A stretch of 64,000 nt of DNA from Patescibacteria group bacterium. GTDB lineage: Bacteria > Patescibacteriota > Patescibacteriia > 2-01-FULL-39-33. Below the pieces are notes generated by a model that was not told where the DNA came from, did no database searches, and saw only the letters and a program-made list of their open reading frames with translations. Below are positions 36,571 to 47,067 of this stretch, one piece after another; position 1 is the first letter of the stretch, and every line of letters begins with the position of its first letter. The stretch lies in NCBI GenBank assembly GCA_041649575.1, contig JBAZMW010000003.1, forward strand, positions 122,102 through 186,101, given 5' to 3'. The position numbers and the translations under genes were made by a program.

Positions 36571-37224
36571 TTATTTAGAAAAAAGCTTCTCAATCGCTCC
36601 GGCCACATCGCCAGGAACCGCGGTATCAGCTGCGGCGGGATAACTTTTGGACCTTACAAAACTCTGCCAAAGAGTGGTTATTTTTTCATCAGAAATACTC
36701 AAGCCAGGACTATTTTTTACGGCCAAGCCAAAGCTGATAGGCAGGCTGTAAACCTGGCTGATAAGGGTTAGGGTTTTGTGTCCGGCTAGCAGTTTCTTTT
36801 GTTGGAGATCAAAGGCCAGGCCACTAGTTGAACCTTGCCTATAATAAGGAATGAGTGAAACGGCCAATAGATAAAAAATCGCCCAGCAAGAGATGAAGAC
36901 GGCCAAGACTAAACCGATTATAAAATCAAAAACTTCGCCGCCATTTCGCTTTTGATAATGCGGTAATCTCCGAATCCACTTGGCGTCTTGATGGTGAGGC
37001 TCAACCTCTTGTTCTAACTGTTTTTTGATTTTGTTTTTGAAATCTTCCCACCAGGAAACCGTGGTCAGCCAATCATCGCCGAATTTGAAAGCTTTTAATT
37101 TACCGCCGCGAGCGGCTGCGGTTAAGTAGTCCAGACTGTAAATGCCATCTTCGGCAATAACCGAAAGCGGCCAATATTTTTGGCCGGCCAAGCTAACGGC
37201 TCGATTATCGTTTTTAAAACCCAT
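36571..37224 (-). CDS. hypothetical membrane protein
   Basis: 217 aa, one central TM helix (FDFIIGLVLAVFISCWAIFYLLAVSLI); no recognised motif. Confidence 0.5.
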   Translation of the reverse strand: MGFKNDNRAVSLAGQKYWPLSVIAEDGIYSLDYLTAAARGGKLKAFKFGDDWLTTVSWWEDFKNKIKKQLEQEVEPHHQDAKWIRRLPHYQKRNGGEVFDFIIGLVLAVFISCWAIFYLLAVSLIPYYRQGSTSGLAFDLQQKKLLAGHKTLTLISQVYSLPISFGLAVKNSPGLSISDEKITTLWQSFVRSKSYPAAADTAVPGDVAGAIEKLFSK

Positions 37225-37312
37225 TGATTAATTTTATCGTTTTAATTATACCATAAAATCCAAACAAAAACAGAGGTTGAACTAACCCCTGTTTTTGTTT
37301 TTTATCCTCCAA

Positions 37313-37876
37313 CTATTTGGTTTTTTTCTTGCTCAGATAATCGTTAATCGCCTGAACCACCTTGGAGTCACTTTTTAATTTTTCCGTCAGCAGAACATAA
37401 TCCCGATTTATCACCATTTCATCGGTCGGGCCATGCAGCTCATTGCCCAATTTAAACAAAGAGAGTTCTTGTTGGGTTTGTTGCTGATTGGCTGCGGTTT
37501 CCCCTTGTTGAGTGCTTTGCAGTGGCTTGGTGATCACCTGAAGATAATAGATATTAGCTAGAGTCAGGGTCTCTCTACTGGTATCCTTGACCTTACCAAA
37601 ATAGACCTGCCCGTTAGACAGAAAAACGGCATACCAGCTGTTTGATGAATAACTGGTTTCGCTGAAGCTGGGCAAATTCAAGCTGGTAAAACGGTCCAGG
37701 ACAAACCAACCCAAAAAGACCACCACAATTATTACCACTATGGTAATTATAATTTTAAACCAACCCGACCTGCCTCCTCTTTCATAGGCCAACTCGTCGG
37801 CCATTTCTACTCCGCCGATTTCTGAATTATCCAGATCGACGTCTGACTTTCTTTTGATATTTTTTCTGTATTCCAT
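37313..37876 (-). CDS. hypothetical bitopic membrane protein
   Basis: 187 aa, N-terminal TM (WFKIIITIVVIIVVVFLGWFVL), Gln-rich stretch. Confidence 0.5.
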   Translation of the reverse strand: MEYRKNIKRKSDVDLDNSEIGGVEMADELAYERGGRSGWFKIIITIVVIIVVVFLGWFVLDRFTSLNLPSFSETSYSSNSWYAVFLSNGQVYFGKVKDTSRETLTLANIYYLQVITKPLQSTQQGETAANQQQTQQELSLFKLGNELHGPTDEMVINRDYVLLTEKLKSDSKVVQAINDYLSKKKTK

Positions 37877-37965
37877 TTTACCCTCATTTTTTAAACAGAG
37901 TGAACCCTGTTTAAAATTATTTATTAAATATGTTAATTTTATTAATGTCTCGCTTTTCTATTTTA

Positions 37966-39012
37966 TTATATTTCTTTCTTTGTTTCAAGCAAGTCTTCCA
38001 CTGCCACGCTAAGTGCCGTAGCCACCGGCACCGAGAGTAAAACACCCAAAACGCCGGCCAGCCTGGCGCCGATTAAAACCACGATAATCACGATAACCGG
38101 ATTTAAACCAACCGCTTTCTGCATTACCTTTGGCACTAGAACAGTGTTTTCTAATTGCTGGATGACAATATACAGAATAAATACCCACAGAGCCAAAATC
38201 GGCGATTGGGTAAAAGCCACAAAGACAGCGGGTATTGCCCCCAAAAAAGGCCCCAGATAAGGAATAATCTCCGTCACGCCGGCAAAAAGGGCCAAAACTA
38301 AAGCATACTTGACCTGCAAGGCACTCAAGCCAATTAAACAAGCCAGAAAAATAATTAGCGATAAGGCCAGTTGCCCCCGAAACCACAACCCGATTTTTTC
38401 CTGCATGCGATTAATCAACTGGGAGACGTAAGGCTGGTATTTCACCGGCACCAAAAAACGTAGAGATCTTTTCAGGGCCTGCTCCTCTACTGTCATGTAA
38501 AAAGTGAGCATGATAATGATAAAAAAGGAAACAACGCCGCCGAAAAAAGAAAAAATCGTACCTAAAACGCTATTGGCGGCCAGACCGATATTAGATTGTA
38601 GAGCAGCCAGCGAATCGGAGACGCTTTTACCCCAGCCCTGCTGGTCGGAAAAATTTTGAATAGTACTAAATCCATTGTTAATTTTTTCCCAATAAAAGGG
38701 AAAATCTTTGGAAAGCTCGTTCACTTCGATGACAATCGGTGGTATGATTAAATAAATCGCTCCAGCAAGAACAGAAAAAAGAACCAGATAAATCAATAAG
38801 ATGCCCACTACCCGAGGAATCCGATGCCTATGCAGCCACCCCACCCAAGGATCAAAAGCCGAAGTTAGAATTACAGCCACAAAAACTATCAAAATAATGT
38901 TTCTGATATAAAACAAAAAAACCAGAGAAATAACAATTACCAAAATTTTAATCAAGGTGACGGAAGAAATATTGATCGTTGTTTTTTTGTTTTCCTCTGA
39001 CATTTTTGGCAA
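37966..39012 (-). CDS. AI-2E family (PerM/UPF0118-like) transporter
   Basis: 348 aa with about 8 TM helices; length and topology are typical of the AI-2E family. Family call is by overall resemblance. Confidence 0.65.
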   Translation of the reverse strand: MPKMSEENKKTTINISSVTLIKILVIVISLVFLFYIRNIILIVFVAVILTSAFDPWVGWLHRHRIPRVVGILLIYLVLFSVLAGAIYLIIPPIVIEVNELSKDFPFYWEKINNGFSTIQNFSDQQGWGKSVSDSLAALQSNIGLAANSVLGTIFSFFGGVVSFFIIIMLTFYMTVEEQALKRSLRFLVPVKYQPYVSQLINRMQEKIGLWFRGQLALSLIIFLACLIGLSALQVKYALVLALFAGVTEIIPYLGPFLGAIPAVFVAFTQSPILALWVFILYIVIQQLENTVLVPKVMQKAVGLNPVIVIIVVLIGARLAGVLGVLLSVPVATALSVAVEDLLETKKEI

Positions 39013-39085
39013 AATTTGATTAAACCTTGATTAAATTATAAGCTAGAGTAAAAATAATGTCAATCGGTCGGCTGGGTGAAATTCT

Positions 39086-39535
39086 ATGAAAATAATCAAT
39101 AAAAACAAAGAGGGTCTGTTCAATTACCAGGTACTGGAAAACTTCGAGGCCGGCGTTGTTCTGACCGGCCCGGAAGTCAAATCGGTCAAGAGCGGACAGG
39201 TCAGTCTCAAGGGCAGTTATATTCGACTGGACAAAAATAATGAAGCCTGGCTGATAAATTGCCATATTTCTCCCTACCAACCGGCGGCCGGCAGTGTCAA
39301 AAATTATGAGCCAACCCAGCCGAGAAAACTGCTACTAAAAAAGAGGGAGCTGCTTTCGCTGGTGGGCAAAAGCAAGCAAAGCGGCTTGACAATTATACCA
39401 ACCAGTGTATATACTAGAAAAAGATTAATTAAGGTGGGTCTGGCTCTGGCCAAAGGCAAACGAGAAATCGACAAACGCGAAACCATCAGAAAACGAGAAG
39501 CCGAGCGCCAGATCCAAAGAACCTTAAAAAGATAA
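39086..39535 (+). CDS. smpB: SsrA-binding protein SmpB
   Basis: ..GVVLTGPEVKSVK.., ..WLINCHISPYQ.., and a basic C-terminal tail; 149 aa. Confidence 0.9.
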   Translation: MKIINKNKEGLFNYQVLENFEAGVVLTGPEVKSVKSGQVSLKGSYIRLDKNNEAWLINCHISPYQPAAGSVKNYEPTQPRKLLLKKRELLSLVGKSKQSGLTIIPTSVYTRKRLIKVGLALAKGKREIDKRETIRKREAERQIQRTLKR

Positions 39536-39566
39536 AAGTGCTTAACGGTTATTTGATAATAATTCT

Positions 39567-39958
39567 GGGGATGTTTTGATTCGATAGCTTGAAATAGCCA
39601 AGAGGCAGGCCGAGATTGGCAATTGCTCGTTAACTAACAGCCAAACATATAAGTGCCAAAAACTTATTAGCTAAAGTCAAAACTGCTTTTAGCGGTTTAG
39701 CTTTGGCGCCAGCTGTTGCCTAAACAGGCTTAACAGCCATCGCCTTGCCGACGCCTAATAGGCAAATAAGCGGTGTTATATTTTTAGGCTCGACCGGAAC
39801 CATAGTCTGGAGTTCTGGTTAAAATTTTGACCAGACCGTAGGCCGCCAGTGTTTTGCTTCTTTCCAATTGGCGGCTGAAACCCAAAGAAGCAAAAGCCTG
39901 TAAACCGCTGGGCCAATTTTACAGCTAGACAGGAGCTCATTACTCCTCATCTCCACCA
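39567..39958 (+). ncRNA. ssrA: tmRNA (ssrA)
   Basis: The 5' GGGGAUGUUUUGAUUCGAUAGC pairs with the 3' ..CAUCUCC-A-CCA acceptor, including the G3:U70 Ala identity pair, and CCA is encoded. An internal tag-like frame ends ..GLALAPAVA* before TAA (about 39660-39745). The T-arm is AGGAG-CUCAUUA-CUCCU, which is an atypical T-loop. It lies immediately downstream of smpB. Confidence 0.8.
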
Positions 39959-39992
39959 AAAAAATAATCAACAGTCATAAAAAAACTACTTA

Positions 39993-40550
39993 ATGAGAAA
40001 AATTTTTCGGGGCAGAAACTTTCAAGCCGATAAAACTAAATTTTTTCGCGTTAACGAAAAAATCTTTGCCAAGGAAGTAATGGTGATTGACGAGCAGGGC
40101 CAAAAACTGGGTGTCTTGGACAAATGGCAGGCCTTGCAAGAAGCCAAAAACCGCGGCTTCGACCTAGTGGAAGTCTCACCCAAAGAAAACCCGCCGATTT
40201 GCAAAATCATGGATTATGGCAGTTTTAAGTATCAACAAAAAAAGAGTGAAAAAAAACAGCGGGCCAAAAATAAAACAACGGAAATAAAAACCATCAAACT
40301 ATCCAGCCGAATTAGCCAGCACGATACTGATTTCCGCGTCAATCAGGCGTTGAAATTCTTGGAAGAAAAAAATAAAGTTAAGATTGAGTTGCAATTGCGA
40401 GGCCGAGAAAACCAACATGCCGACCTGGCTCGAGAAATGCTGGGAAACTTCGTTAAGGAAGTCCGGCTGCGCCTGCCAGAAAACAGCTTGAAAGTGGAAC
40501 AAGAAGTCAAAAAACAAGGCGGCAATCTTTCCGCCATTATCTCTTCGTAA
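39993..40550 (+). CDS. infC: translation initiation factor IF-3
   Basis: ..INEKIFAKEVMVIDEQGQKLGVL..NRGFDLVEVSP..PPICKIMDYGSFKYQQ..; start of the infC-rpmI-rplT operon. Confidence 0.85.
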   Translation: MRKIFRGRNFQADKTKFFRVNEKIFAKEVMVIDEQGQKLGVLDKWQALQEAKNRGFDLVEVSPKENPPICKIMDYGSFKYQQKKSEKKQRAKNKTTEIKTIKLSSRISQHDTDFRVNQALKFLEEKNKVKIELQLRGRENQHADLAREMLGNFVKEVRLRLPENSLKVEQEVKKQGGNLSAIISS

Positions 40551-40571
40551 AAATAAAATTTAAAAGTTATT

Positions 40572-40775
40572 ATGCCTAAAAAAATAAAAACCAGACAAGC
40601 GGTCGCCAAAAGATTCAGAGTAACCAAAAAGAAGAAACTGATGAAAAGAACCGGCGGCCAGGATCATTTCAATGCCCGCGAGAGCGGCAAGACCAAGCGC
40701 GGTAAACGGCGTGACACTCAAATTGCCAAAGCCGACCGCAAAAATGTCCGGCAGTTTATGCCTTATAATTATTAA
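40572..40775 (+). CDS. rpmI: 50S ribosomal protein L35
   Basis: MPKKIKTRQAVAKRFRVTKKKKLMKR..; 67 aa. Confidence 0.9.
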   Translation: MPKKIKTRQAVAKRFRVTKKKKLMKRTGGQDHFNARESGKTKRGKRRDTQIAKADRKNVRQFMPYNY

Positions 40776-40792
40776 TCTAATTTTAATTAACT

Positions 40793-41137
40793 ATGCCCCG
40801 GGTCAAACGAGGAGTAATTCATACTAAGAATCGCAACAATATTTTGCGCCGCACCAAAGGCTTTCAGGCCGGCCGCAAAAAACTTATCAAACTAGCCAAA
40901 ACCGCAGCCACCAAGGCCGGCGCTTACGCTTACCGCGACAGAAAAACCAAAAAAAGAAACTTTCGTCGGCTTTGGCAAATTCAGCTTAATGCGGCCGCCC
41001 GAGAACACGGCTATTCTTACAGCCGGTTTATGGCCGGACTGAAGAAAAACAAGATCGAGCTCGATCGTAAAATCCTGGCTCAACTGGCTCAAAAAGAGCC
41101 CAAAATTTTTGCTCAAATAATAGAAAAGATAAAATAA
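40793..41137 (+). CDS. rplT: 50S ribosomal protein L20
   Basis: MPRVKRGVIHTKNR..AYAYRDRKTKKRNFRRLWQIQLNAAAREHG; 114 aa. Confidence 0.9.
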   Translation: MPRVKRGVIHTKNRNNILRRTKGFQAGRKKLIKLAKTAATKAGAYAYRDRKTKKRNFRRLWQIQLNAAAREHGYSYSRFMAGLKKNKIELDRKILAQLAQKEPKIFAQIIEKIK

Positions 41138-41146
41138 TTCTTCACT

Positions 41147-41181
41147 AAAACCGCGCCCTTTCTAAAGGGCGCGGTTTTTTT
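41147..41181. terminator. bidirectional rho-independent terminator
   Basis: AAAACCGCGCCCTT-TCTA-AAGGGCGCGGTTTTTTTG between convergent rplT (+) and the 1948-aa gene (-). Confidence 0.8.
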
Positions 41182-41195
41182 GTAAATCAGAAAAT

Positions 41196-44100
41196 TTAAG
41201 CTGTCACTACCTTATCTTGTAAAGGCCGAACCGCCTCTATTACTTTTTTCAAGACAGCGGCGGGATTTTTACCGGCATAAGGAGCCGAGCGGCTGACCGC
41301 CTCGCCAGTGCCCCCCTGATGGCTGGCTTCCATCACCAGTTCGGCGGGGTTGATTCGGACATCGATATTACTCTCTGCCAAAGTAAACTGCAGGACACCT
41401 TTGGTCACCTTGGCCGCCGAGGCCTGGCCAGTTATACCGGCCTCAGAAAGAATCTTGGCAACTTCTTTGCTGGGAGCGGTGCCGGCTTCAACCAGTCTAG
41501 TTAACTTAACCCAGCTTTCAAGGTTTGGAGAGTTTAAGACTTCAGTACCGCTAATTAGCTTGCCAACCGCCGAGTCGGGAGCGACTTCTCCGCCAGCAAA
41601 AGTCAGAACCTTTTTGGCCAAATCGGCGCCATGACTTTCTACCAAACCGTTAAGCGTCTCGCCAGGAACAACTTTGGGGTTCCCGCTATAGAAACTAACC
41701 ACTTCTTTGGCCACACCCTTGACTCCCGATGATAAAATTTCGGCCGCTCGGCCTGGTTCAAGTCCGGCCTCATGCGCCTGACCCATCAGGTCGTAGGCGG
41801 ACTGATCTAAACTGACACCAGAACCTTTGACCAAGCCGACTACCTGACGCAAATAAGCATTATTAGACTCTATTTGCGATAGAGTTTTCTCGCTTAGCTT
41901 GCCGGCGGCCTGTAAAACCTTTCCTGTATCACCGGTTTTCGGATCAAAAAAGGTGCTGGCCACTAATTCATTAAACTTATCATTACCGGCTAGTTTGGCC
42001 AGATCTTCAGGAGTGACATGATCGATATTAGCCGGTAAACCAAACTCGGTTGGACTTTTGGCAACCGCGTCTTTGATGGAATCAACCAAATAGGTAATCT
42101 TGCCTTCACGAAAGACAGGTAGCTTTTTGAGAGCTTCCGAAGTCATTTTACTAATATCTACATCCTTCGGCAGTCCAAGTTCGGCGGGATAGGTCTGGCC
42201 GCTTTCTATGGCCTTTTTGACTGTTGATCCGAGCGCTGCTTCGCATTTCTTTTCGATAACTCCCCAGACAGTATGCGAACCTTTAGCCTCAACTCCTTCG
42301 ACGACTTCCAGCGCTTGCTCAAATTCAGTCAATTTTTCCGGCGCTTCCGGCCCAGGCGCGGTTTCCGTCGTGGCAGATTCTGCTGGCGCGGCACCTGGGG
42401 TATGTTCTGTTGGCGCACCGCCCGAAGCGGCTTCTGGCGCACCGGCGTCCGGCACTCGCGGAGCTCCTTCTGCTGGTGGGTTGCTCCCTTCAACTGTTGG
42501 TTGCTCTGCCGGCGCGGCGCCAGGAGTATGTTCTGCTGACGCTCCACCAGGAGCGGCTTCTGGCGCACCGGCGTCTAGAACTCGCTGAGCTCCTTCTGCT
42601 GGTGGCTGGCCTTCCGGCGAAACGCCGGCATGAGGGGCTTCCGCACCGCTTCCGCCGCTTCCGGCTTCAGCGGCGCCAGTGGCCGCGCCATGACCACGGA
42701 GCCATTGCCAAGGCTGAATACCGACAACCAGGCCAGCGGCGGCGGCTATCACGCCGCGTTGTATTTCTTTTCTTCTTTCAGCTCGGCCGGTTTGCTCTTC
42801 AGCTTGATGGGAAGTGCTAATATAAAAATCCAATTGATTAGACAAGGCATCGGCCAAAGAATAGCCGCTGGTATCAATGGCAGTCAATCTCTCCTCCATT
42901 CTAGCCAAACTGGCTTGATACATTTGATCAATAACCGGCTTCATTCTATCGCCAAAAACATCTACTTGACGCTTGCCTTTTCTTTCGGCCAAGGCCGTTA
43001 TTCTGGCCAACTCTTCCTTTAAATCCTTATCGCTTAAACTTCCAAACTTTTTTTCTAACCAAGCTTTGGCAGCTTTAGGATCTTTCCTTTTCTCTTTAGC
43101 GTATTCTTTATAAATCTTCTGGGCTAATCCTTTATCTCCAAAACGTTTAGTAAATCTTTCCAGAGCGGCGTCAACACCCATGGCGGTACCGGTACCGCCA
43201 AGTATTCTTCTGGCAAAAAAGACAGCGGTCAGCAACGGCGCCGAAGCGGCGAAAGAAGTGGCAACGGCCGGAGTGGCCAAAGCCACAGCGGCTCCCAACA
43301 AAGCGCCGGAAACAATCAGTCTGCCAGTGGCATGACGTTGCCACCATCCTTTAAGTCTTTCTCCTCTGCTTTTTTCCTTACCTTCAAACTCGGCCCAGAC
43401 TAGTTGGTTTTCCTTATCATACAAATCAACCAGTCCCTGAGCTAGACGATCTGGAAACATGGCCAGAGGACTAAGTTCACCGGTCTGTACTTTGGATCGG
43501 ATCGACTCTTGCAAAGTCGCTTCATAAGAACGCCTTAACTGCTCTAACTTCTGCTCGCCCTTCTTGCCGCGGAATTCGGATTTGCCAATAAGTTTCATCC
43601 TCTCTCGCCTGGCTTGATAATAGGCCTTGCGGGCTTGATCTAGGGTTGGTTTGTCTTCTTCAGTCTCAATTATTATAGGTCCTTCACCAGTTTTATCTGA
43701 TGGAGGAAAAGGAGCGGCATCATCTTCCTCTTCATGAGACTTTAGTGTCGATTCTTCCGATTCATCTTCTAATTCATCTTCCGGCTTCTTTCCTGATTCC
43801 TCAAGCTCACGCACAAGACGTTCAGCCTCAGCTAGATCAAGAGGTGCTGACTCTGACTCTAATGGAGGCGCTATTAATTCCACATCAAGAACCGACTCAA
43901 TCCAAGTCGCGTATGCCTTATTATCGACAAAATTAAAGGTACGTATATAGGGTTTTTCTCCCTCTTCCACTAAACCAAGAAATTTTTCTTCATAGGTCGC
44001 TGATAAATAAGTGACTCTTATCATGCTCCCTGGCTTAATACCCCTAAATTTTTCCAAAAGTCTTTCTGTTCTTTCGGCCGGACTTTCCTCTGGCAACGGT

Positions 44101-47042
44101 GAAGGTCTTTCTGCTTCTTCGTCTGGATTTTCACCCGACTCCGGAGCTGGCGGCGGTGGAGGAGGGAGAACTTCCCCAGATAAATCCCCAAGCGGTGCTT
44201 CTGAATCATCTGGCCGCATCACTTCAACGCTCTCTATTCTATTGGTATTTTCTTGCCTGCCATCTTCAAAAAGCAACAGCATCCCGGCTGTGGTATCCAC
44301 CAATCCCCTGAAGTCTCCGATAAAACTCGATCCGTCCGTACAGACCCCTGCTAGTTTATCGCCAGGCTTACAACCGCGAAGTACTGCAAGTACTCTTTCT
44401 ATTCTTTCTTTATCTTTTTTATCTTTATCTTCGGCGTCAGACTCTACCGGCGCAGGCCTAGGCGTTTCAACCGCCTCACTGGTCGCCGTCACCCTAGCTC
44501 TAACAATCTCGCCACCCGGCTTAGTAAAACCCATAGTAACAACCGCAGCAACTTTTAGATTACGGCCCTTGGGACCTTCAGTAAATGTAACCTCATGATA
44601 CTTCTCATTAATATTATCGCCCAGCTGAACTAGCCAAAGTCTAAAACCAAAACTTTGCATTAACCCTGATAAATATCCGACTTTTGCGGTTTCAAAAACG
44701 GGACCATTAACCGCATCACAATATTCTCTGCCAATTTCATCTACCAAAACTTGCACCGCGTGCTCTCTGCTTTCTGTTTCTATTTTGTCTTGTAATCCTC
44801 TAGCGCCAGCAGCTAGCTGTCTCATCCCCAAGGCTTCTGCTCTGCTAAGAATTGCTGAGAGCATGGCTTGCAGCTCTTGCTGTTCCGCGCTAAGCTCTGC
44901 TTCTGCTTTTTCGTCTCCTTTTGGTGTTTCTGGCGCCGGCTGTTCGATGGCCGGTGCTAACACCTCAATCTTTGTTATTAAAGAAAGAAGGATCTTTTTT
45001 GGCTTTAAGTCACTTGGTTTGCCTTTGATCTTTACGCGGTCACCTTCCACTCCATCAAAAAAGCCCTCTTCTTTCATTCCGCCCAAATCTACCAAAATCC
45101 TAGTGCCAAGCGGCAAATCTTTTAATTGATCGGCTGTTACTTCCCGTCCTGACTGCTTAGCGCCTAACCGCTCGGCTACCTCATTCATTATTTGCAAAGC
45201 ACATTCCCGAACCAAACCTCTGGCGGTTTCTTCTTCGGCGCTTTCTTTTTTGGGCCGATAACGAGCCTCTTGGCCGGCTGCGTTTGCAGCTGTTCTAAAA
45301 AGAGTATTTTCTAAAGCAACCAAATCTTTAGGAAGAACTTTTTCTTCCTGCTCTGTCATGTTCTGGATGATTCTTTGTTTTGTTTCCTCTAAAGCCTTTT
45401 TGAAAGCAGGCAAAAATTTAGTCTCAGATTCACCACTTCCTTCTCCTTTTAATTCTTGATCTTTCGAGCCATTCACTTCGGCCATAATTTGCTCCGCGCA
45501 CGCGCTAACCAGATTTAGAACAGCCGGCTCCTCGGCATGCTTCCAGCCTTTTGTCGCCCTGATAGTTTTGTCGAGAATCGACTTTTCTAATTTATCTTTT
45601 TCTTCCGGCTTAATCCTTCTTCTCTCACTCTTCATTCTTTTGACTATCTCCTCTCGCGTCTGGTCTAATGCCTCTTTAAAAGCTTCCAAGAATGCCTCAA
45701 ACTCATTTTTTTCCTCCCCCTTTCTGATAATTTCAGTGTCAATGCTTTCGCCAACCTCGCACTGGGCATTACCCTGTAATAGAATACGACAATTTTTGGC
45801 TTTTCTAATAGCCAGCTTAGCGCCATCCTCAACGACAAATCTGCTATCTGTCGCACTCTCGACTTCCATGGATATCCCGGCTCCGATCTTTTCTCTGCGC
45901 CTGTCGTTCATCTCTCTTCTTCTTACTGTTTTGAGCCCCGATCCTGGCTTTTCTTCTATAGATCCGCCATTCTTCCCGGTGGTATCAAGCTCGGCTTCAA
46001 TTTGTTCAGCGAAATTTTGGGATGCTTGGCGCACCAGGTCTTTTTCGGCTGCCGACTGCGCCTCCAAGCCGGTTTCTTTTTGGACGTCACGCTCAACTGT
46101 CCCAAAAAATATAGTTTTTTGCATATCATTGGCTTCTTGCGCATCATCAGCGCCAGCTCTAATTATGGTTATAAATTCTTGCCTTCTTCCATTTAAAACC
46201 CTCTCAAAAACAGGCAAAAACCTGTCTCTAAATTCCGGTCTGATTTCTGGCGACTCGGCCGCTGGAGCCCCTCCTTTTATTTCTCCTTTAAACGCGGCAT
46301 GGGTTTCACGCAGCCCCTCTAATTCAGCTACAACTGCTTCTAACTCTTTATATAAAGGATTAAATTCATCTCTTAAAGCTTCTATATCTTCACCTATACT
46401 CTCTAAAGCCTGCACACTAAAAACCTTATTTATTAAAAAACCCAAAAAACGTTCAATTATTTCAATCTCCTGATTAATGATTTTTTGAGCCCACTCCGGC
46501 TTGGCCTCTACCTTGGCCCTGACACTCGATAAAATAGTTTTGCCTTCAACTATGCCTGATCTCTCTTTGGCCGCGTTAACTTCTGCTCTAATTTGATCAA
46601 GAGCAATTTCGGCTTCTGCCGTCTCGGCCGGTGGCGGCGGGATTTCAACGCCAACTACGGGGAGATGTAATCCTAAAACTGATCTGGCATTATCAATAAC
46701 CCACCGAGCATTTGCCTTGTTGATTACTCCACCACGCCCTTCTTTCTTGAAAGTGTCAGACATATCCAAAATGTGCTCCAGTCCGGCTAAGAGCTCATCT
46801 AATTCCGGCGCCTGCAGGTCGGACAAATCGGACAAAGCATTAAAAGAATCTACAGCAGCCCTGAATTCTTCTACTTCTGGTTCCTTTCTTCCTGAAAGAT
46901 TAGTCTTTATTCTCAAAAGAGCCCTATTTATTCTTTTTCTTTTTTCCTTGTTCTCTTTTCTCTCGGCCTCTGTTGCCTCTCCTTCGGCTCCGGGCTCAAG
47001 CTCGTCTTCTTTGTCTGGAGTTTTTGGTTTATAATCTCCCAT
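41196..47042 (-). CDS. giant (1948 aa) acidic, coiled-coil/low-complexity protein with central TM segment, tandem Pro/Ala-rich repeats and repeated small beta-domains
   Basis: Single ORF; E/K-rich, predicted coiled-coil N-terminal half; three copies of a small module (..LRGCKPGDKLAGVCTDGSSFIGDFRGLVD.. / ..FRGIKPGSMIRVTYLSATYEEKFLGLVEEG.. / ..LPLGTRILVDLGGMKEEGFFDGVEGDRVKIKG..); a hydrophobic stretch LIVSGALLGAAVALATPAVATSFAASAPLLTAVFFA; a tandem approx 36-aa repeat (GAQRVLDAGAPEAAPGGASAEHTPGAAPAE x2), which is a 108-bp DNA repeat at about 42366-42590; and a C-terminal approx 400-aa globular region. Confidence 0.75.
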   Translation of the reverse strand: MGDYKPKTPDKEDELEPGAEGEATEAERKENKEKRKRINRALLRIKTNLSGRKEPEVEEFRAAVDSFNALSDLSDLQAPELDELLAGLEHILDMSDTFKKEGRGGVINKANARWVIDNARSVLGLHLPVVGVEIPPPPAETAEAEIALDQIRAEVNAAKERSGIVEGKTILSSVRAKVEAKPEWAQKIINQEIEIIERFLGFLINKVFSVQALESIGEDIEALRDEFNPLYKELEAVVAELEGLRETHAAFKGEIKGGAPAAESPEIRPEFRDRFLPVFERVLNGRRQEFITIIRAGADDAQEANDMQKTIFFGTVERDVQKETGLEAQSAAEKDLVRQASQNFAEQIEAELDTTGKNGGSIEEKPGSGLKTVRRREMNDRRREKIGAGISMEVESATDSRFVVEDGAKLAIRKAKNCRILLQGNAQCEVGESIDTEIIRKGEEKNEFEAFLEAFKEALDQTREEIVKRMKSERRRIKPEEKDKLEKSILDKTIRATKGWKHAEEPAVLNLVSACAEQIMAEVNGSKDQELKGEGSGESETKFLPAFKKALEETKQRIIQNMTEQEEKVLPKDLVALENTLFRTAANAAGQEARYRPKKESAEEETARGLVRECALQIMNEVAERLGAKQSGREVTADQLKDLPLGTRILVDLGGMKEEGFFDGVEGDRVKIKGKPSDLKPKKILLSLITKIEVLAPAIEQPAPETPKGDEKAEAELSAEQQELQAMLSAILSRAEALGMRQLAAGARGLQDKIETESREHAVQVLVDEIGREYCDAVNGPVFETAKVGYLSGLMQSFGFRLWLVQLGDNINEKYHEVTFTEGPKGRNLKVAAVVTMGFTKPGGEIVRARVTATSEAVETPRPAPVESDAEDKDKKDKERIERVLAVLRGCKPGDKLAGVCTDGSSFIGDFRGLVDTTAGMLLLFEDGRQENTNRIESVEVMRPDDSEAPLGDLSGEVLPPPPPPAPESGENPDEEAERPSPLPEESPAERTERLLEKFRGIKPGSMIRVTYLSATYEEKFLGLVEEGEKPYIRTFNFVDNKAYATWIESVLDVELIAPPLESESAPLDLAEAERLVRELEESGKKPEDELEDESEESTLKSHEEEDDAAPFPPSDKTGEGPIIIETEEDKPTLDQARKAYYQARRERMKLIGKSEFRGKKGEQKLEQLRRSYEATLQESIRSKVQTGELSPLAMFPDRLAQGLVDLYDKENQLVWAEFEGKEKSRGERLKGWWQRHATGRLIVSGALLGAAVALATPAVATSFAASAPLLTAVFFARRILGGTGTAMGVDAALERFTKRFGDKGLAQKIYKEYAKEKRKDPKAAKAWLEKKFGSLSDKDLKEELARITALAERKGKRQVDVFGDRMKPVIDQMYQASLARMEERLTAIDTSGYSLADALSNQLDFYISTSHQAEEQTGRAERRKEIQRGVIAAAAGLVVGIQPWQWLRGHGAATGAAEAGSGGSGAEAPHAGVSPEGQPPAEGAQRVLDAGAPEAAPGGASAEHTPGAAPAEQPTVEGSNPPAEGAPRVPDAGAPEAASGGAPTEHTPGAAPAESATTETAPGPEAPEKLTEFEQALEVVEGVEAKGSHTVWGVIEKKCEAALGSTVKKAIESGQTYPAELGLPKDVDISKMTSEALKKLPVFREGKITYLVDSIKDAVAKSPTEFGLPANIDHVTPEDLAKLAGNDKFNELVASTFFDPKTGDTGKVLQAAGKLSEKTLSQIESNNAYLRQVVGLVKGSGVSLDQSAYDLMGQAHEAGLEPGRAAEILSSGVKGVAKEVVSFYSGNPKVVPGETLNGLVESHGADLAKKVLTFAGGEVAPDSAVGKLISGTEVLNSPNLESWVKLTRLVEAGTAPSKEVAKILSEAGITGQASAAKVTKGVLQFTLAESNIDVRINPAELVMEASHQGGTGEAVSRSAPYAGKNPAAVLKKVIEAVRPLQDKVVTA

Positions 47043-47067
47043 ATAAATTAATTATTTTTATAATCAA

